Shown piece after piece: positions 40,049-50,838 of a DNA stretch of 64,000 nucleotides. How positions within the stretch are numbered: position 1 is the stretch's first letter; every line of letters starts with the position of its first letter. The notes beneath the pieces were generated by a model that saw only the letters and a list, made by a program, of their open reading frames with translations, was not told where the DNA came from and searched no databases. A program made the translations under genes and the position numbers. Source of the DNA: Gammaproteobacteria bacterium (GTDB taxonomy: Bacteria > Pseudomonadota > Gammaproteobacteria > GCA-001735895); NCBI GenBank assembly GCA_050298595.1, contig JBNKUM010000070.1:1-64000 (forward strand), read 5' to 3'.

Positions 40049-40432
40049 ATGCCATTAGCCGAAGAATTAATTACTGGTCGTAACAGTATCCAGGCCTATC
40101 AGTCTGATCAGATTACAATCAACGAAAGAAATTACCCTCAGAGCCTGATCCTGTCTGCAACTGAGATTATAAGCCCCTGGCCTGTCACCCATATAGACGA
40201 ACTAAACCCTGGCCATCTACAGGCTATTGTCGATCAAAAGCCTGAGGTTGTACTGCTAGGAACCGGTGATAAACAGCTTTTTCCTGATATCGAAATTATT
40301 GCTTACTTTGCACAGCTTGGACTTGGCCTGGAAGTCATGAATACGGGCGCCGCCTGTAGAACCTTTAATATTCTGGTTGCAGAAAATCGCCAGGTGGTGG
40401 CAGGTATTATTCTCCAATCAGCAATCGTCTGA
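40049..40432 (+). CDS. Mth938-like (DUF498) protein
   Basis: PEVVLLGTG and EVMNTGAACRTFNIL..E.R. Confidence 0.9.
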   Translation: MPLAEELITGRNSIQAYQSDQITINERNYPQSLILSATEIISPWPVTHIDELNPGHLQAIVDQKPEVVLLGTGDKQLFPDIEIIAYFAQLGLGLEVMNTGAACRTFNILVAENRQVVAGIILQSAIV

Positions 40433-41050
40433 AAACTCTATACCCGCTTCAGCCAGTGCTCGTCGGCGTTGCGCATGACAATCACGTGCATCTTTTACCA
40501 TATAATGGTCACCAGAATGGCGAAAACCCAGCTTTCCGTAAAAACGCTTCAACTGTTTTTTAAGTTCAGGGGTACGCTCTTCAGATTCAGCATCGATAAT
40601 CGGATAAGCTTTTAGCGCCACCAGGGTTTTATTCATATCGACAACTTCGCTCATCCTTTTAAGCATTTCGGTCCCAATACTTTTGTTACGAAACTCTGGC
40701 TCTACCACCAGCTCGTCGATATAAACCAGACTGCCACAGGGTGTTTTTTCTTCTTCATCTCGACTGCAGCATTCCACATAGCAGGTATTGTTTTTCACGA
40801 TATGATTACCCAGATCAGAAATCTCTGGAGAAATTGAATCGAATAGCTCCTGGATATTATTAAATACTTTGCGTCCAACGGATAAGTCGACTCGATGTCC
40901 TTTCAGTTTAGCAATGACTCTTTCTTCAGCATCATCACCCCAAAAAATGGCCTGCCCGTTAAACTCAATCAACAGGTGTGATAAATCCTCCATCTCCGAA
41001 GGCTTGATCGAAAATTCGAATTCAAGCTCTGAAATTAGATCCTGGCTCAT
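40418..41050 (-). CDS. GNAT-fold protein
   Basis: YIDELVVEPEFRNKSIG (motif A) and RFYGKLGF. Confidence 0.7.
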   Translation of the reverse strand: MSQDLISELEFEFSIKPSEMEDLSHLLIEFNGQAIFWGDDAEERVIAKLKGHRVDLSVGRKVFNNIQELFDSISPEISDLGNHIVKNNTCYVECCSRDEEEKTPCGSLVYIDELVVEPEFRNKSIGTEMLKRMSEVVDMNKTLVALKAYPIIDAESEERTPELKKQLKRFYGKLGFRHSGDHYMVKDARDCHAQRRRALAEAGIEFSDDC

Positions 41051-41196
41051 ATTTGTTTATCTATGTTAAATATTAGGTTTTGCTAATATAGTAGCTTTAA
41101 CCTGATTATCAAGTTAAAAAGTACGCTATTTACTATCTTTCCGACAAATACCACAAAATAAATGTGTATTTAGGTGATTCTAACCACTTTGAGCGC

Positions 41197-41793
41197 TCAC
41201 TTCCATTTTTCACGAAGCAAATTACGGTTCAACAGTAGCCATTGAAGCGCGATAATCGCTGGAGACGAATTGATAGTTCCATCTTCAATCCATTGTTTCG
41301 CCTGATCAAGACTCACTACTTCGACCAGAATGTCTTCAAACTCATGGTCCAGGCCATGTATACCACCAACGCCTTGAGTATCTACCCGACCACAATAGAG
41401 AACACACTGCTCACTGGTTCCTCCCGGGCTAACATAATATTGGGTGATTTTTTCTAGCTGCAAAATCTCACAACCAGCTTCTTCCAGGGTTTCCCTTTCG
41501 GCCACCTGCTGATAGCTTTCACCATCTTCGATAATTCCAGCAATAATTTCTTTAAGCCAGGGTCTGGACTGAGTTCCAATCGCACCGACACGAAACTGCT
41601 CGATTAATACCACTTCATCACGTATTGGATCGTAGGGCAGCACAGCTACCGCTGAACCCCGTTCAAACAGTTCACGGTGAAAGATCTCGCTAACACCACC
41701 TGCATATAATTCATGCTGTAAGGTAAATTTTTCCATGCGGAAATAGCCCTGGAACACGACCTGCTGGTCGATAACCTTCCATTCGTAATTCAT
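41197..41793 (-). CDS. nudF: ADP-ribose pyrophosphatase
   Basis: LIEQFR, Nudix box G.....E....AERETLEEAG, SPGG..E. Confidence 0.92.
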   Translation of the reverse strand: MNYEWKVIDQQVVFQGYFRMEKFTLQHELYAGGVSEIFHRELFERGSAVAVLPYDPIRDEVVLIEQFRVGAIGTQSRPWLKEIIAGIIEDGESYQQVAERETLEEAGCEILQLEKITQYYVSPGGTSEQCVLYCGRVDTQGVGGIHGLDHEFEDILVEVVSLDQAKQWIEDGTINSSPAIIALQWLLLNRNLLREKWK

Positions 41794-42530
41794 GTTAGAT
41801 AATCCTTAAGGATTTCTGTCACCTCTAGCAAGTCTTCTCTGGTATCAACGCCAATGCCTGGCGTCAATGCAGCAAGTTCGGTGTGTATGCTGTACCCATA
41901 ATACAGAGCACGTAACTGTTCGAGTTTTTCACTTTGCTCCATCATGCAGGGTAATAAAGTGGCATAGGTTTTCAAAAAACCAACTCGATACGCATACAGG
42001 CCTATGTGTCCGTAATATTGCGCAACGGGCTCATCGCGCTGAAAAGGTATGGCCGAACGACTGAAGTAGAGCGCTTTCCCATACTGGTCGTGAACCAGTT
42101 TCACCAGATTAGGGTTTTGTGCTGATTGCTGGTCGATGGACTTATGCAGAGTAGCCATATCATAGCCAGATTGCTGCAGATTTTGGGCAACCTGAGTCAA
42201 ATTTTGGGCAGGCATTAAGGGTTCATCGCCCTGTAAATTAACAATAATCGTCTCATCTGACCATCCCTGTTTCTCACAAACCTCAACGATGCGGTCACTA
42301 CCGGTTGAGTGATCACTGCGAGTCATACAGTAATCCCCGCCAAAGCTTTCAACGACCTTTAATATCCTTTCATCATCGGTTGCCACAACCACCTGTTGAG
42401 CATGACTTTGTAGTGCAGCCTGATAAACCCATTCGATCATGGGCTTGCCATGAATATCGATTAATGGTTTTCCCGGCAAACGGCTGGAAGCATAGCGTGC
42501 CGGAATGACAATTTTAAAATCCTGGTGCAT
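41790..42530 (-). CDS. kdsB: CMP-Kdo synthetase
   Basis: IPARYASSRLPGKPL, NLQGDEP, EKLEQLR. Confidence 0.96.
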   Translation of the reverse strand: MHQDFKIVIPARYASSRLPGKPLIDIHGKPMIEWVYQAALQSHAQQVVVATDDERILKVVESFGGDYCMTRSDHSTGSDRIVEVCEKQGWSDETIIVNLQGDEPLMPAQNLTQVAQNLQQSGYDMATLHKSIDQQSAQNPNLVKLVHDQYGKALYFSRSAIPFQRDEPVAQYYGHIGLYAYRVGFLKTYATLLPCMMEQSEKLEQLRALYYGYSIHTELAALTPGIGVDTREDLLEVTEILKDYLT

Positions 42531-42543
42531 CAGTTGGTGCTCA

Positions 42544-42729
42544 TTAAAGGCTTTCCATTTCCTCGGCGCTCAGTTCGCGCGCTTCCTCTGGCAACATGAC
42601 AGGAATGCCATCTCTAATCGGGTACGCCAAACGAGAGCTGCGCGATAACAGTTCCTGATTTTTTCTGTCATACACCAATGGACCCTTGGTTACCGGATCA
42701 ACCAGAATATCGAGTAAATGTTTATCCAT
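42544..42729 (-). CDS. ycaR: Trm112 family protein
   Basis: [14 protein letters not shown]...[13 protein letters not shown]; between lpxK and kdsB. Confidence 0.92.
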   Translation of the reverse strand: MDKHLLDILVDPVTKGPLVYDRKNQELLSRSSRLAYPIRDGIPVMLPEEARELSAEEMESL

Positions 42730-43723
42730 TAAGTCTGGACTCCACTAAGTTGAGAAATTTTAATTGTAAATGATCAGACAAGGTCAATTCGAGAGGAACA
42801 ACCCAAATATTATCTCTGGCGAAGCCGCGCAGCTTCACGGCATCTTTATGTGTAACCAGCAGCGGTTTATCGGCAAACCCATCTATATCCTGCTGGGTGA
42901 AAGTGTAATGATCACTAAAAGCATTGGCGATAATATCCAGCTTATGTTGCCTTAGCTGTTCGAAAAACAGCTCTGGAAAACCAATTGCTGCTAAGGCATA
43001 TAATGCCTGCCCCTCAAACGATGACAGCTCTGCGGTCTGTTGAGGATCGAGTAAATTCCAGCAAAGCCCCAGTTGCTGCTGAACATCCCTGCCCTCTCGA
43101 TCAATCAAAAGGTCACATTGTTTAAGACGGCCGATGGGTTCTCTCAAAGGACCTGCTGGCAGACAAAAGCCATTACCCAAAGCGAGCTCGCGGCTCACAA
43201 TGATTTCAGCATCTCGTTTTAAAGCATAATGCTGTAATCCATCATCACAGATAAGCAAGTCAATATCAGGATTCTGTTCAAGTAAAATTTGACCTGATTT
43301 GACCCGGTCTGCGCCTATAGCGACAGGGCAGCCGCAGACTTCGGATAACATATTCGCTTCATCACCCGCTTTATCGCTGGTCTGGCCCTGTTGCAGAATT
43401 TGGCAGCCATATTCCAGATCACTCTTATAACCTCGAGTCAGAATAGCGGGATGATAACCGCGCGACTGCAATAGCTTGACCAGACTGACCACTATAGGCG
43501 TTTTACCATTACCACCTACAGAGATATTACCGACCACAAAAACAGGTCTGGATAAGGCCGTACGTTTCAAAACCTCAAATTGATAAAGCTGACGTCGCAC
43601 AACAACCAGTGCACAGAAAATCAATGACAATGGCCACAGGATTAAGGCCAGCGGGTTCAGCCGCCACAGCCACCAGCCATTGTGAGTAGATGGGCTGGAT
43701 GCTGCATTATAGCGTTTTAACAT
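42722..43723 (-). CDS. lpxK: Tetraacyldisaccharide 4'-kinase
   Basis: [27 protein letters not shown]. Confidence 0.95.
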   Translation of the reverse strand: MLKRYNAASSPSTHNGWWLWRLNPLALILWPLSLIFCALVVVRRQLYQFEVLKRTALSRPVFVVGNISVGGNGKTPIVVSLVKLLQSRGYHPAILTRGYKSDLEYGCQILQQGQTSDKAGDEANMLSEVCGCPVAIGADRVKSGQILLEQNPDIDLLICDDGLQHYALKRDAEIIVSRELALGNGFCLPAGPLREPIGRLKQCDLLIDREGRDVQQQLGLCWNLLDPQQTAELSSFEGQALYALAAIGFPELFFEQLRQHKLDIIANAFSDHYTFTQQDIDGFADKPLLVTHKDAVKLRGFARDNIWVVPLELTLSDHLQLKFLNLVESRLNG

Positions 43724-43725
43724 AA

Positions 43726-45486
43726 TCAGTCTTGGTGGTCGCTAAATTGCATCGCATGCAACTTACCATAGACACCACCCTGCTCAATTAACTGACTATG
43801 ATTACCCTGTTCGATAATCTTACCCTGCTGCATGACCAGAATTTGATCGGCATGTTCTATGGTTGACAGACGATGTGCAATGACCAACGTGGTCCGATTA
43901 CTGATTAAGTTATCTATCGCTTTTTGAATATGACGTTCGGATTCTGTATCCAGAGCCGAAGTGGCTTCATCAAGAATCAGGATAGGTGCATCCTTTAATA
44001 GCGCCCTTGCTATCGCCAGACGCTGGCGCTGTCCACCGGAAAGTAATACACCTTTTTCTCCAACCTGTGTATCCAGGCCCTGAGGCAACTTTTCGATATA
44101 TTCCCAGGCATAAGCCCTCTGTGCAGCTTCAATAATACGTTCTTCACTGATATTGCCTAACACGCCGTATGCAATATTATTGCGCACAGTATCGTTAAAA
44201 AGACGCACATCCTGACCAACATAGGCAATCTGTCTGCGTAAATCGGCCAGTTGATATTGTCGAATCTCTATGCCATCCAGCAGTATTTCCCCTGCAGATA
44301 ATTCATACAGGCGTGGTAATAGATTGACCAGAGTCGACTTCCCGCTACCCGAGCGGCCTACTATAGCGACCGTCTGGTTGGGCTTCACTGCTAAACTGAC
44401 ATCATCTAATACTTTTGCCTCGTGTCGAGGATAATGGAATGAAACATTCCTAAACTCAATCTCTCCGGCGCATGTATCTATGGATATCTCACCCTCATCG
44501 GGCTCACTATGTTTAGCCAGGAAAGAATAAACGCTCTCACCCGCAGCTATGCCGCGTTGAATACTCACATTCACCGCAGAAAGGGTACGCATGGGGGCAA
44601 ACAGACTGGTCATGGCAAAAATAAACGATAGAAAATCACCCGAAGTAATCACTCCATGCATCGAATCCGAGATGGCAAATGCGACGATACCTGCAAAAGC
44701 CATCGCAACAATCAACTGAATTAATGGCATACTGATGGATTGAGCAGACGTCATTTTCATGTTCAGTTTCAGATTACGTCGATTGATCTGATAGAATTTT
44801 TCACGTTCAAAGTCATTACCACCAAAGATTTTGACCACACGGTTGGAGTCAATCACTTCCTGAGCGACATGCGACACCTCGCCCATTGAATGCTGAATAT
44901 TCTTACTAATACGGCGAAAGCGCGAAGATACTTTGACTACGATCAAAAATACCAGTGGCCCGACCACCAGAAAGATGGCCGACAACTGCCAGCTAAGCCA
45001 GAGCATATAACTGAGCAATGCAAGAATACGTAAAGTATCCTGTATGAGTACCGTTAACGAACTAGAAACAGCACTGGATACCTGCTCAATGTCATAGGAA
45101 AACTTGGACAGTATCTCACCAGAAGAGGCCTCGTCGTACTCATAAGAAGCCAGGGTCAACAATTTTTCAAAAATCTGGCTTCTGAGCTTATTGATAACCT
45201 GACGTCCTATATAAGCCATACAATAGTTTCTCAGAAAGACCGCCCCCATACGCACGATAAATATCAGAATGATGGCTATAGGCACCATCTTAATAATGAA
45301 TTCATCGCGATTGACAAACCCTTCATCCAGCATCGGTTTCATCAAATAGGCAAACGCAGCCTCGGTGATTGCAAAAATCACCATGCCAATAATCGCAAAA
45401 ACAAAATAGCGTTTATATTCGAATGCAAGCGCTAAAAGACTCCGATAGGCTTTAACCCCTGATGAGTTTTCGAGTGAAAATGACAC
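43726..45486 (-). CDS. msbA: Lipid A export ABC transporter
   Basis: TM domain plus GRSGSGKS, LSGGQRQR, ILDEATS; upstream of lpxK. Confidence 0.95.
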   Translation of the reverse strand: MSFSLENSSGVKAYRSLLALAFEYKRYFVFAIIGMVIFAITEAAFAYLMKPMLDEGFVNRDEFIIKMVPIAIILIFIVRMGAVFLRNYCMAYIGRQVINKLRSQIFEKLLTLASYEYDEASSGEILSKFSYDIEQVSSAVSSSLTVLIQDTLRILALLSYMLWLSWQLSAIFLVVGPLVFLIVVKVSSRFRRISKNIQHSMGEVSHVAQEVIDSNRVVKIFGGNDFEREKFYQINRRNLKLNMKMTSAQSISMPLIQLIVAMAFAGIVAFAISDSMHGVITSGDFLSFIFAMTSLFAPMRTLSAVNVSIQRGIAAGESVYSFLAKHSEPDEGEISIDTCAGEIEFRNVSFHYPRHEAKVLDDVSLAVKPNQTVAIVGRSGSGKSTLVNLLPRLYELSAGEILLDGIEIRQYQLADLRRQIAYVGQDVRLFNDTVRNNIAYGVLGNISEERIIEAAQRAYAWEYIEKLPQGLDTQVGEKGVLLSGGQRQRLAIARALLKDAPILILDEATSALDTESERHIQKAIDNLISNRTTLVIAHRLSTIEHADQILVMQQGKIIEQGNHSQLIEQGGVYGKLHAMQFSDHQD

Positions 45487-45495
45487 TATAGAAGC

Positions 45496-45915
45496 CTAAT
45501 TCAGTGGCTTTGTGGTTGCGATTGAAAGATGAGTCATTCCGATCTGCCCGACGATATCCAGCGCGGTCACCAACGACTGCACAGGCGAATTTGCATCCGA
45601 TTGAATCACCACCGGCATAGCTTTGTTCTTTCCGACAACTCTATGCAGTTCCAGCAACAACAGTTCGGCATTTTGATTCTTCAGTCGTTTACCATTGATG
45701 TAATAAAAACCACGCGGATCGATTATGACAGTGAGCTTTTCATTGTCTGGGGTTTTATTTCTTGCCGAAGCCTCAGGCAATTCGATCTTAAGTTCGGAGG
45801 TGGTGTCAAAGGTAGTCGATACCATGAAGAAAATCAGTAACAGAAAAACGACATCTATCAGAGGTGTCAGGTTAACGCCGCTATCATCTTCTACCGTTTG
45901 ATTGCGAAAGCGCAT
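45496..45915 (-). CDS. exbD: ExbD/TolR family protein
   Basis: NLTPLIDVVFLLLIFFMV. Confidence 0.9.
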   Translation of the reverse strand: MRFRNQTVEDDSGVNLTPLIDVVFLLLIFFMVSTTFDTTSELKIELPEASARNKTPDNEKLTVIIDPRGFYYINGKRLKNQNAELLLLELHRVVGKNKAMPVVIQSDANSPVQSLVTALDIVGQIGMTHLSIATTKPLN

Positions 45916-45918
45916 AGC

Positions 45919-46548
45919 TCAGGCTGCCTCTTTTTTACTTATATGGCGTTCACCATGCAATACCTCGACCAGCTTCATCGCTTCCTGCTCCATGCTCATC
46001 ACCAGCTCATCGATCTTACGTTTAAGGTAACGATGAAATATGACCGTTGGAATGGCAACGGTTAATCCGGCGGCTGTGGTGATTAATGCTTCAGAAATCC
46101 CGCCTGCAAGCGTTGCGGGATCCCCCACACCAACAGCAGTGATGGTAGTGAATACCTTGATCATGCCGATTACGGTACCCAGCAATCCTAATAAAGGTGC
46201 AATGGTTGAGATAGTACCCAGTGCATTGATAAACCTTTCCATCTCGTGTGCGACAAAGCGCCCTGTTTCTTCGATACTTTCGCGCACCAGTTCACGTGAT
46301 AAATGGCGATTTATCAGGCCAGCAGCGAGTACCTTGCCAAGCGGTGAACCATTTTCGATTTCCTGGATATGCTTATCGGTCAATTTGTCATTTCTTAGCA
46401 GGGTCCAGATACCATTCATCAATTTTTCAGGGATTACCTTGCGTTTCTGCAACGTCCATAAGCGCTCAGCAATAATACCCATTGCAATCGCTGAACATAG
46501 CAAAATGGGATACATCAACCATCCGCCTGCTTGAACAAGTTCTAACAC
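45919..46548 (-). CDS. exbB: MotA/TolQ/ExbB proton channel protein
   Basis: APLLGLLGTVIGMI and GISEALITTAAGL. Confidence 0.9.
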   Translation of the reverse strand: MLELVQAGGWLMYPILLCSAIAMGIIAERLWTLQKRKVIPEKLMNGIWTLLRNDKLTDKHIQEIENGSPLGKVLAAGLINRHLSRELVRESIEETGRFVAHEMERFINALGTISTIAPLLGLLGTVIGMIKVFTTITAVGVGDPATLAGGISEALITTAAGLTVAIPTVIFHRYLKRKIDELVMSMEQEAMKLVEVLHGERHISKKEAA

Positions 46549-46625
46549 ATTAAATCTCCCGATATTTGAGTGGATTTCAGATACTTTTTACGTGAGCGGC
46601 ATGATACTGATAAAGCCTGAGTTTG

Positions 46626-48914
46626 TCAGTACCAGATATGGGGATAAAGTCGGCGAAATTTTTCTATTCGACAACTGCCTGAATCGCAATGAATCTCGAT
46701 AGCGCCATCCATAGCTGTTTGATACAGATGAGCGTCAATTTTACGATATCTATCCAGTACTTCAGCTTTTGGAAACCCCCAGTGATTCAGAAAGCCACTG
46801 GAAAATATGACGTGTTCTGGTGATACTGCCTGAATAAATTCCGGCGTCGAAGAACTTAAACTGCCATGGTGCGGCGCTAATAAAACACTAGCCTTCAACT
46901 TTTCACTGTAGTTATTCAGCAACACTCGCTCCTGTTCCTGTTCGATATCACCTGTTAACAGGAAGTGCTGATTATTGACGCTAATACGCAATACGCAGGA
47001 ACGGTTGTTATCAGACTGTGTACTATCCTGCGCAGTCATCAAAAATTCAAACCTGACGCCATCCCATCGCCAGGGCTTAATAACATGACAGTCACGAATA
47101 GATAACAGCTCCGGAAAACGCTGTCTTACGGCTTCAGGAGTCCCCGACAGCACCGGTACCTTGTAAAAATCATCTATCACCGAATGCAGCCCGCCTGAGT
47201 GATCCTGATCGTTATGACTGATGATAATTTGATCAACCTGATCTATGCTCTGATGATTTAGAAAAGGTTGAATCACCCACTCGCCAATGCCAAAACCTGA
47301 GCGATTTCCCGGACCAAAGTCATAAATCAGGCTGTGCTCGCGAGTTTGTACTACGACTGCATTGCCCGTACCTATATCCAGTACAGTTAAAGACAGCAGT
47401 TCACTACCGTTTTGGTTGGAAGGCCAAAAAATAACCGCAGGCAATAAAACCAGCCACCCTCTTATTCGCAGTACCCCCTGAGGCAGAAGCAGCAGCAATA
47501 GCCAGATCACTACCAGTACCAGCTGCCATACATTAACTGAATTCATCTGTATGGCCTGCAAACCCAGGTGCTGCAATAACTGAAGATAATCAATCAGCAA
47601 ACCAACCACCCCATCCATCAGTGTATAGGCGCTATTAAGCCAGCTATCCGGTAACCAGAAAAGTGCCAGTAACATAAAATTGACCGGTACGATGATCAGG
47701 CTAATCAGGGGAACAGCGACCAGATTTGCGAATAAACTGGCCGTATGTATTTGCTTAAAGATTAGCAACGTCAAAGGAATAAACAAAAACGAAAAAAGCA
47801 ATTGAATCGTCAGCAATTGTCGCCAACGAGAGCGCTGATGCTGCAATATAAAACCGCCCAATAGAATAATGCCCATGGCACACAAGGTAAGCCAGAAGGA
47901 TTCGGATAGTACTGCCAGGGGCGAAAAAACAAGCACTGCTATCAGTGTTGCCATTACACTGTGAAGTAAATTAAAAGGCAGACGCAGTAAAAACATCAGC
48001 CCAAGTACCGTGAACATCAGAAAAGCTCTTTGAGCCGGCAGTTCGAATCCTGACAACAGGCTATACATTAATACAGCAATCCAGCTCATCAACCAGCAGA
48101 AATCATTGCGAGTAATGCCCGTTTTATAAACCAGCAGGTTCCATATTTTGTGCGCCAGGAAAAAGGCAAAGCCAGCGATAATACCAATGTGCAGCCCAGA
48201 GATGGCGATCAGATGAGCTGTGCCGGTATTTTTAAATAAACTTCTTTCGCTGTCACTCAGGTTACCCCTATATCCAGTGGATAGCGCCTGTAACAATCCT
48301 GGATGCTGGCAATCACTACAATGTAAACGGATCCATCCATTTATCCCCTGTCTCAATCTATTTATCGATAACCTGTTAGCCCCCAGCAACTCGGTATTGT
48401 CATCTTTCACTACATATCCCGTGGCATGAATCCCCTTCACAAAAAGCCAGCGTTCATAATCAAACCCGCCCGGATTCTGAAAACCATGGGCTGGTTTTAT
48501 CTTAACTGTCAGTTGCCACTGCTGGCCTGCCATTAAGGTTTCTGGTGGATTCTTCCAGGAAAGACGGATGCGCTGAGGCAGTTCTGGAGCTTCTGTTTTC
48601 TGATCAGGTTTCAAAATAAAGCGCGCTGAGCTGCCTCGATAACTGGGAATATTGACCACTTCACCCGTCAGCGTAATCCTCTTATTGATGAATGACGCCG
48701 ACAGTGTTTGCTCGAGTTGTTGATAGATATGTAGCGAAGCGTATAAAAAACTGGCACCAAGCAGCCAGAAAACCCTCCCACCACGATTAAAAAAGCTGAA
48801 AAATATACACACTGGAAGTAGAGACAACCAGTAAATATCGATACTTTGAGTTTGAAAACAGGCTAGAATGACACCTGATAACACAGCAATCCCAGCAGAG
48901 ACCATCGCTTCCAT
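46626..48914 (-). CDS. comEC: DNA uptake channel ComEC/Rec2
   Basis: NPGGFDYE, HLIAISGLH, metallo-beta-lactamase SHNDQDHSGG, PHHGS. Confidence 0.94.
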   Translation of the reverse strand: MEAMVSAGIAVLSGVILACFQTQSIDIYWLSLLPVCIFFSFFNRGGRVFWLLGASFLYASLHIYQQLEQTLSASFINKRITLTGEVVNIPSYRGSSARFILKPDQKTEAPELPQRIRLSWKNPPETLMAGQQWQLTVKIKPAHGFQNPGGFDYERWLFVKGIHATGYVVKDDNTELLGANRLSINRLRQGINGWIRLHCSDCQHPGLLQALSTGYRGNLSDSERSLFKNTGTAHLIAISGLHIGIIAGFAFFLAHKIWNLLVYKTGITRNDFCWLMSWIAVLMYSLLSGFELPAQRAFLMFTVLGLMFLLRLPFNLLHSVMATLIAVLVFSPLAVLSESFWLTLCAMGIILLGGFILQHQRSRWRQLLTIQLLFSFLFIPLTLLIFKQIHTASLFANLVAVPLISLIIVPVNFMLLALFWLPDSWLNSAYTLMDGVVGLLIDYLQLLQHLGLQAIQMNSVNVWQLVLVVIWLLLLLLPQGVLRIRGWLVLLPAVIFWPSNQNGSELLSLTVLDIGTGNAVVVQTREHSLIYDFGPGNRSGFGIGEWVIQPFLNHQSIDQVDQIIISHNDQDHSGGLHSVIDDFYKVPVLSGTPEAVRQRFPELLSIRDCHVIKPWRWDGVRFEFLMTAQDSTQSDNNRSCVLRISVNNQHFLLTGDIEQEQERVLLNNYSEKLKASVLLAPHHGSLSSSTPEFIQAVSPEHVIFSSGFLNHWGFPKAEVLDRYRKIDAHLYQTAMDGAIEIHCDSGSCRIEKFRRLYPHIWY

Positions 48915-48970
48915 TTCCTTATTAAAGTAAATGTAACTTAATTTATAGTTTGATTAATTACCATTGTTTT

Positions 48971-49489
48971 ATGCCCAAAAAGTTTATTCAAAAATTTATG
49001 CCTCATCCAAGGCATATCACCGAAAATAAGTGGATTCGTAAGCTCGGTCCTCGTCTACAGGATCCCAGCATCTGGCATATCAATCGTCGTTCCGTTTCCG
49101 GGGCTACTGCACTGGGTCTATTCTGTGCTTTTATACCGGTTCCTTTTCAAATGCTGATCGCTGCTGTTGGAGCCATCCTGTTTCGCGTCAACATCCTGAT
49201 TTCGGTGCCCCTGGTGTGGCTGAGTAACCCTGTGACCATGCCGCCGTTATTTTATTTCTGTTATCGGGTTGGGCTATGGATACTCAACACGAAAGATAAA
49301 GGATTCCAGTTCGAGCTATCTTTTCACTGGTTGGCTAATGAGCTGCTCTACATCTGGCAACCGTTTTTACTGGGTTGCTTTATTGTTGGTGCAATCACTT
49401 CAATCCTTGGTTTCTCTGCAGTTCGTCTGTTGTGGCGTTATCAAATTGCTAAACAAATAAGATACCGGAAAACCCGTAATCAAGGCTAA
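48971..49489 (+). CDS. DUF2062 family membrane protein
   Basis: WHINRRSV, FIPVPFQM, WLSNPVTMPP; divergent from comEC. Confidence 0.88.
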   Translation: MPKKFIQKFMPHPRHITENKWIRKLGPRLQDPSIWHINRRSVSGATALGLFCAFIPVPFQMLIAAVGAILFRVNILISVPLVWLSNPVTMPPLFYFCYRVGLWILNTKDKGFQFELSFHWLANELLYIWQPFLLGCFIVGAITSILGFSAVRLLWRYQIAKQIRYRKTRNQG

Positions 49490-50142
49490 TGCTGGATATC
49501 TTTTTCAGTCTGCAATTTATCTGGATAAGTTGTTTAATCGTCACCTTATCCATTGTTATAGGCTTTTTCTGCGCCTATTTGCATAGCCATCTGCTTCAGG
49601 TTACCGCAGGAGAATGGCTGGTTGAACACATCTATTGCCCGATCACTAAAACCTTAATCCTGATGTGTATGACCCTGCTGTTATTTCCATTAATAGTAGA
49701 GGGTGCCAACTATCAGCAGGTGATGGACTTATTTGTAGAAAGGCAATACCTGACCAATATGATGAATATCCTGATGGTTAGTGGGCTGTTTTTTTCATTC
49801 TTCCCTTTGCTCAACCACCCTGCAGTTGCAATGCCTGTACTGGGCTGTATTGCAACCGCCATTCTATTAAATAGTTATTTTACTCTGACACCTGAGCAGG
49901 TCGTCAGTTTTATCCCGGATTTGCATAATTTGATGAAGATACTCGCCCTCATCATCCTTAGCTATTGGGCCAACCGATGGATAATCGATAAAGTATCAAG
50001 CTATATCGATCATCGATATATAGTGACGGGAAGCAAGACTATGGTTACGGATGTGAGTTATCTGATCCTGCAAATACCGGTCATGCTGGCGTATGCCCAA
50101 AGCCTGATCAATGAATATCAAAGGGCGATAACTAGCCTGTAA
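49489..50142 (+). CDS. Hypothetical membrane protein
   Basis: 217-aa hydrophobic ORF translationally coupled (TAATG) to the upstream gene. Confidence 0.7.
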   Translation: MLDIFFSLQFIWISCLIVTLSIVIGFFCAYLHSHLLQVTAGEWLVEHIYCPITKTLILMCMTLLLFPLIVEGANYQQVMDLFVERQYLTNMMNILMVSGLFFSFFPLLNHPAVAMPVLGCIATAILLNSYFTLTPEQVVSFIPDLHNLMKILALIILSYWANRWIIDKVSSYIDHRYIVTGSKTMVTDVSYLILQIPVMLAYAQSLINEYQRAITSL

Positions 50143-50148
50143 ACAGGA

Positions 50149-50838
50149 TTATCTCTGACGGATCAAAGCTCCATCATGCATCTCCCATTGCGCCTGCATA
50201 CTGGCGGCAATCTTCATATCATGCGTCACTATAACCAACGCCGTGCGGCTCGATTCATTTAATTGCAGCATCAGATCCAGCATATTGTGCGCTGTTTTCT
50301 CATCCAGATTTCCCGTTGGCTCATCAGCTAAAACACAGGCTGGATTAGTAACCAGCGCTCTGGCTAGCGCAACTCGTTGACGTTCACCACCGGATAATTC
50401 GCCCGGTTTATGTCGGGATCGATGCTCCAGGCCGACTTTCTGCAATAGCTGCATCGCCTGCTCTGCAGCATCAGCCCGGTTAGTACGCCGAATCAGTAAG
50501 GGCATCATGATGTTTTCCAGCGCGTCGAACTCTGGCAGTAAATGATGAAACTGATAGATAAATCCCAGATAACGATTACGCAATTGCCCCAGTTTCTTCT
50601 CCGATTGCTGCTGCATAGCATGCCCCATCACCTGAATACTGCCAGAACTGGGCCGATCCAGCCCGCCGAGTAAATGTAATAAAGTACTTTTCCCCGCTCC
50701 AGAAGATCCAACAATCGCATGGCGCTCAGCTTCGCCCACAGAGAAGTCCACCTGTTTGAGAACTTCTACCGATAACTCCCCTTGCTGATAAGTCTTGCTC
50801 AGCCCTTCAACCTGTAAAACTGCAGCATCATTACTCAT
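50149..50838 (-). CDS. lolD: Lipoprotein-releasing ABC transporter ATPase
   Basis: GSSGAGKST, GFIYQFHHLL, LSGGERQR, ADEPTGNLD. Start taken at MSNDA. Confidence 0.95.
   Translation of the reverse strand: MSNDAAVLQVEGLSKTYQQGELSVEVLKQVDFSVGEAERHAIVGSSGAGKSTLLHLLGGLDRPSSGSIQVMGHAMQQQSEKKLGQLRNRYLGFIYQFHHLLPEFDALENIMMPLLIRRTNRADAAEQAMQLLQKVGLEHRSRHKPGELSGGERQRVALARALVTNPACVLADEPTGNLDEKTAHNMLDLMLQLNESSRTALVIVTHDMKIAASMQAQWEMHDGALIRQR

Noticed and set aside
48971-50142. DUF2062 gene on the opposite strand within the lol-comEC cluster as an inversion
   Set aside because: DUF2062 beside comEC is a common arrangement and no breakpoint repeats are visible.
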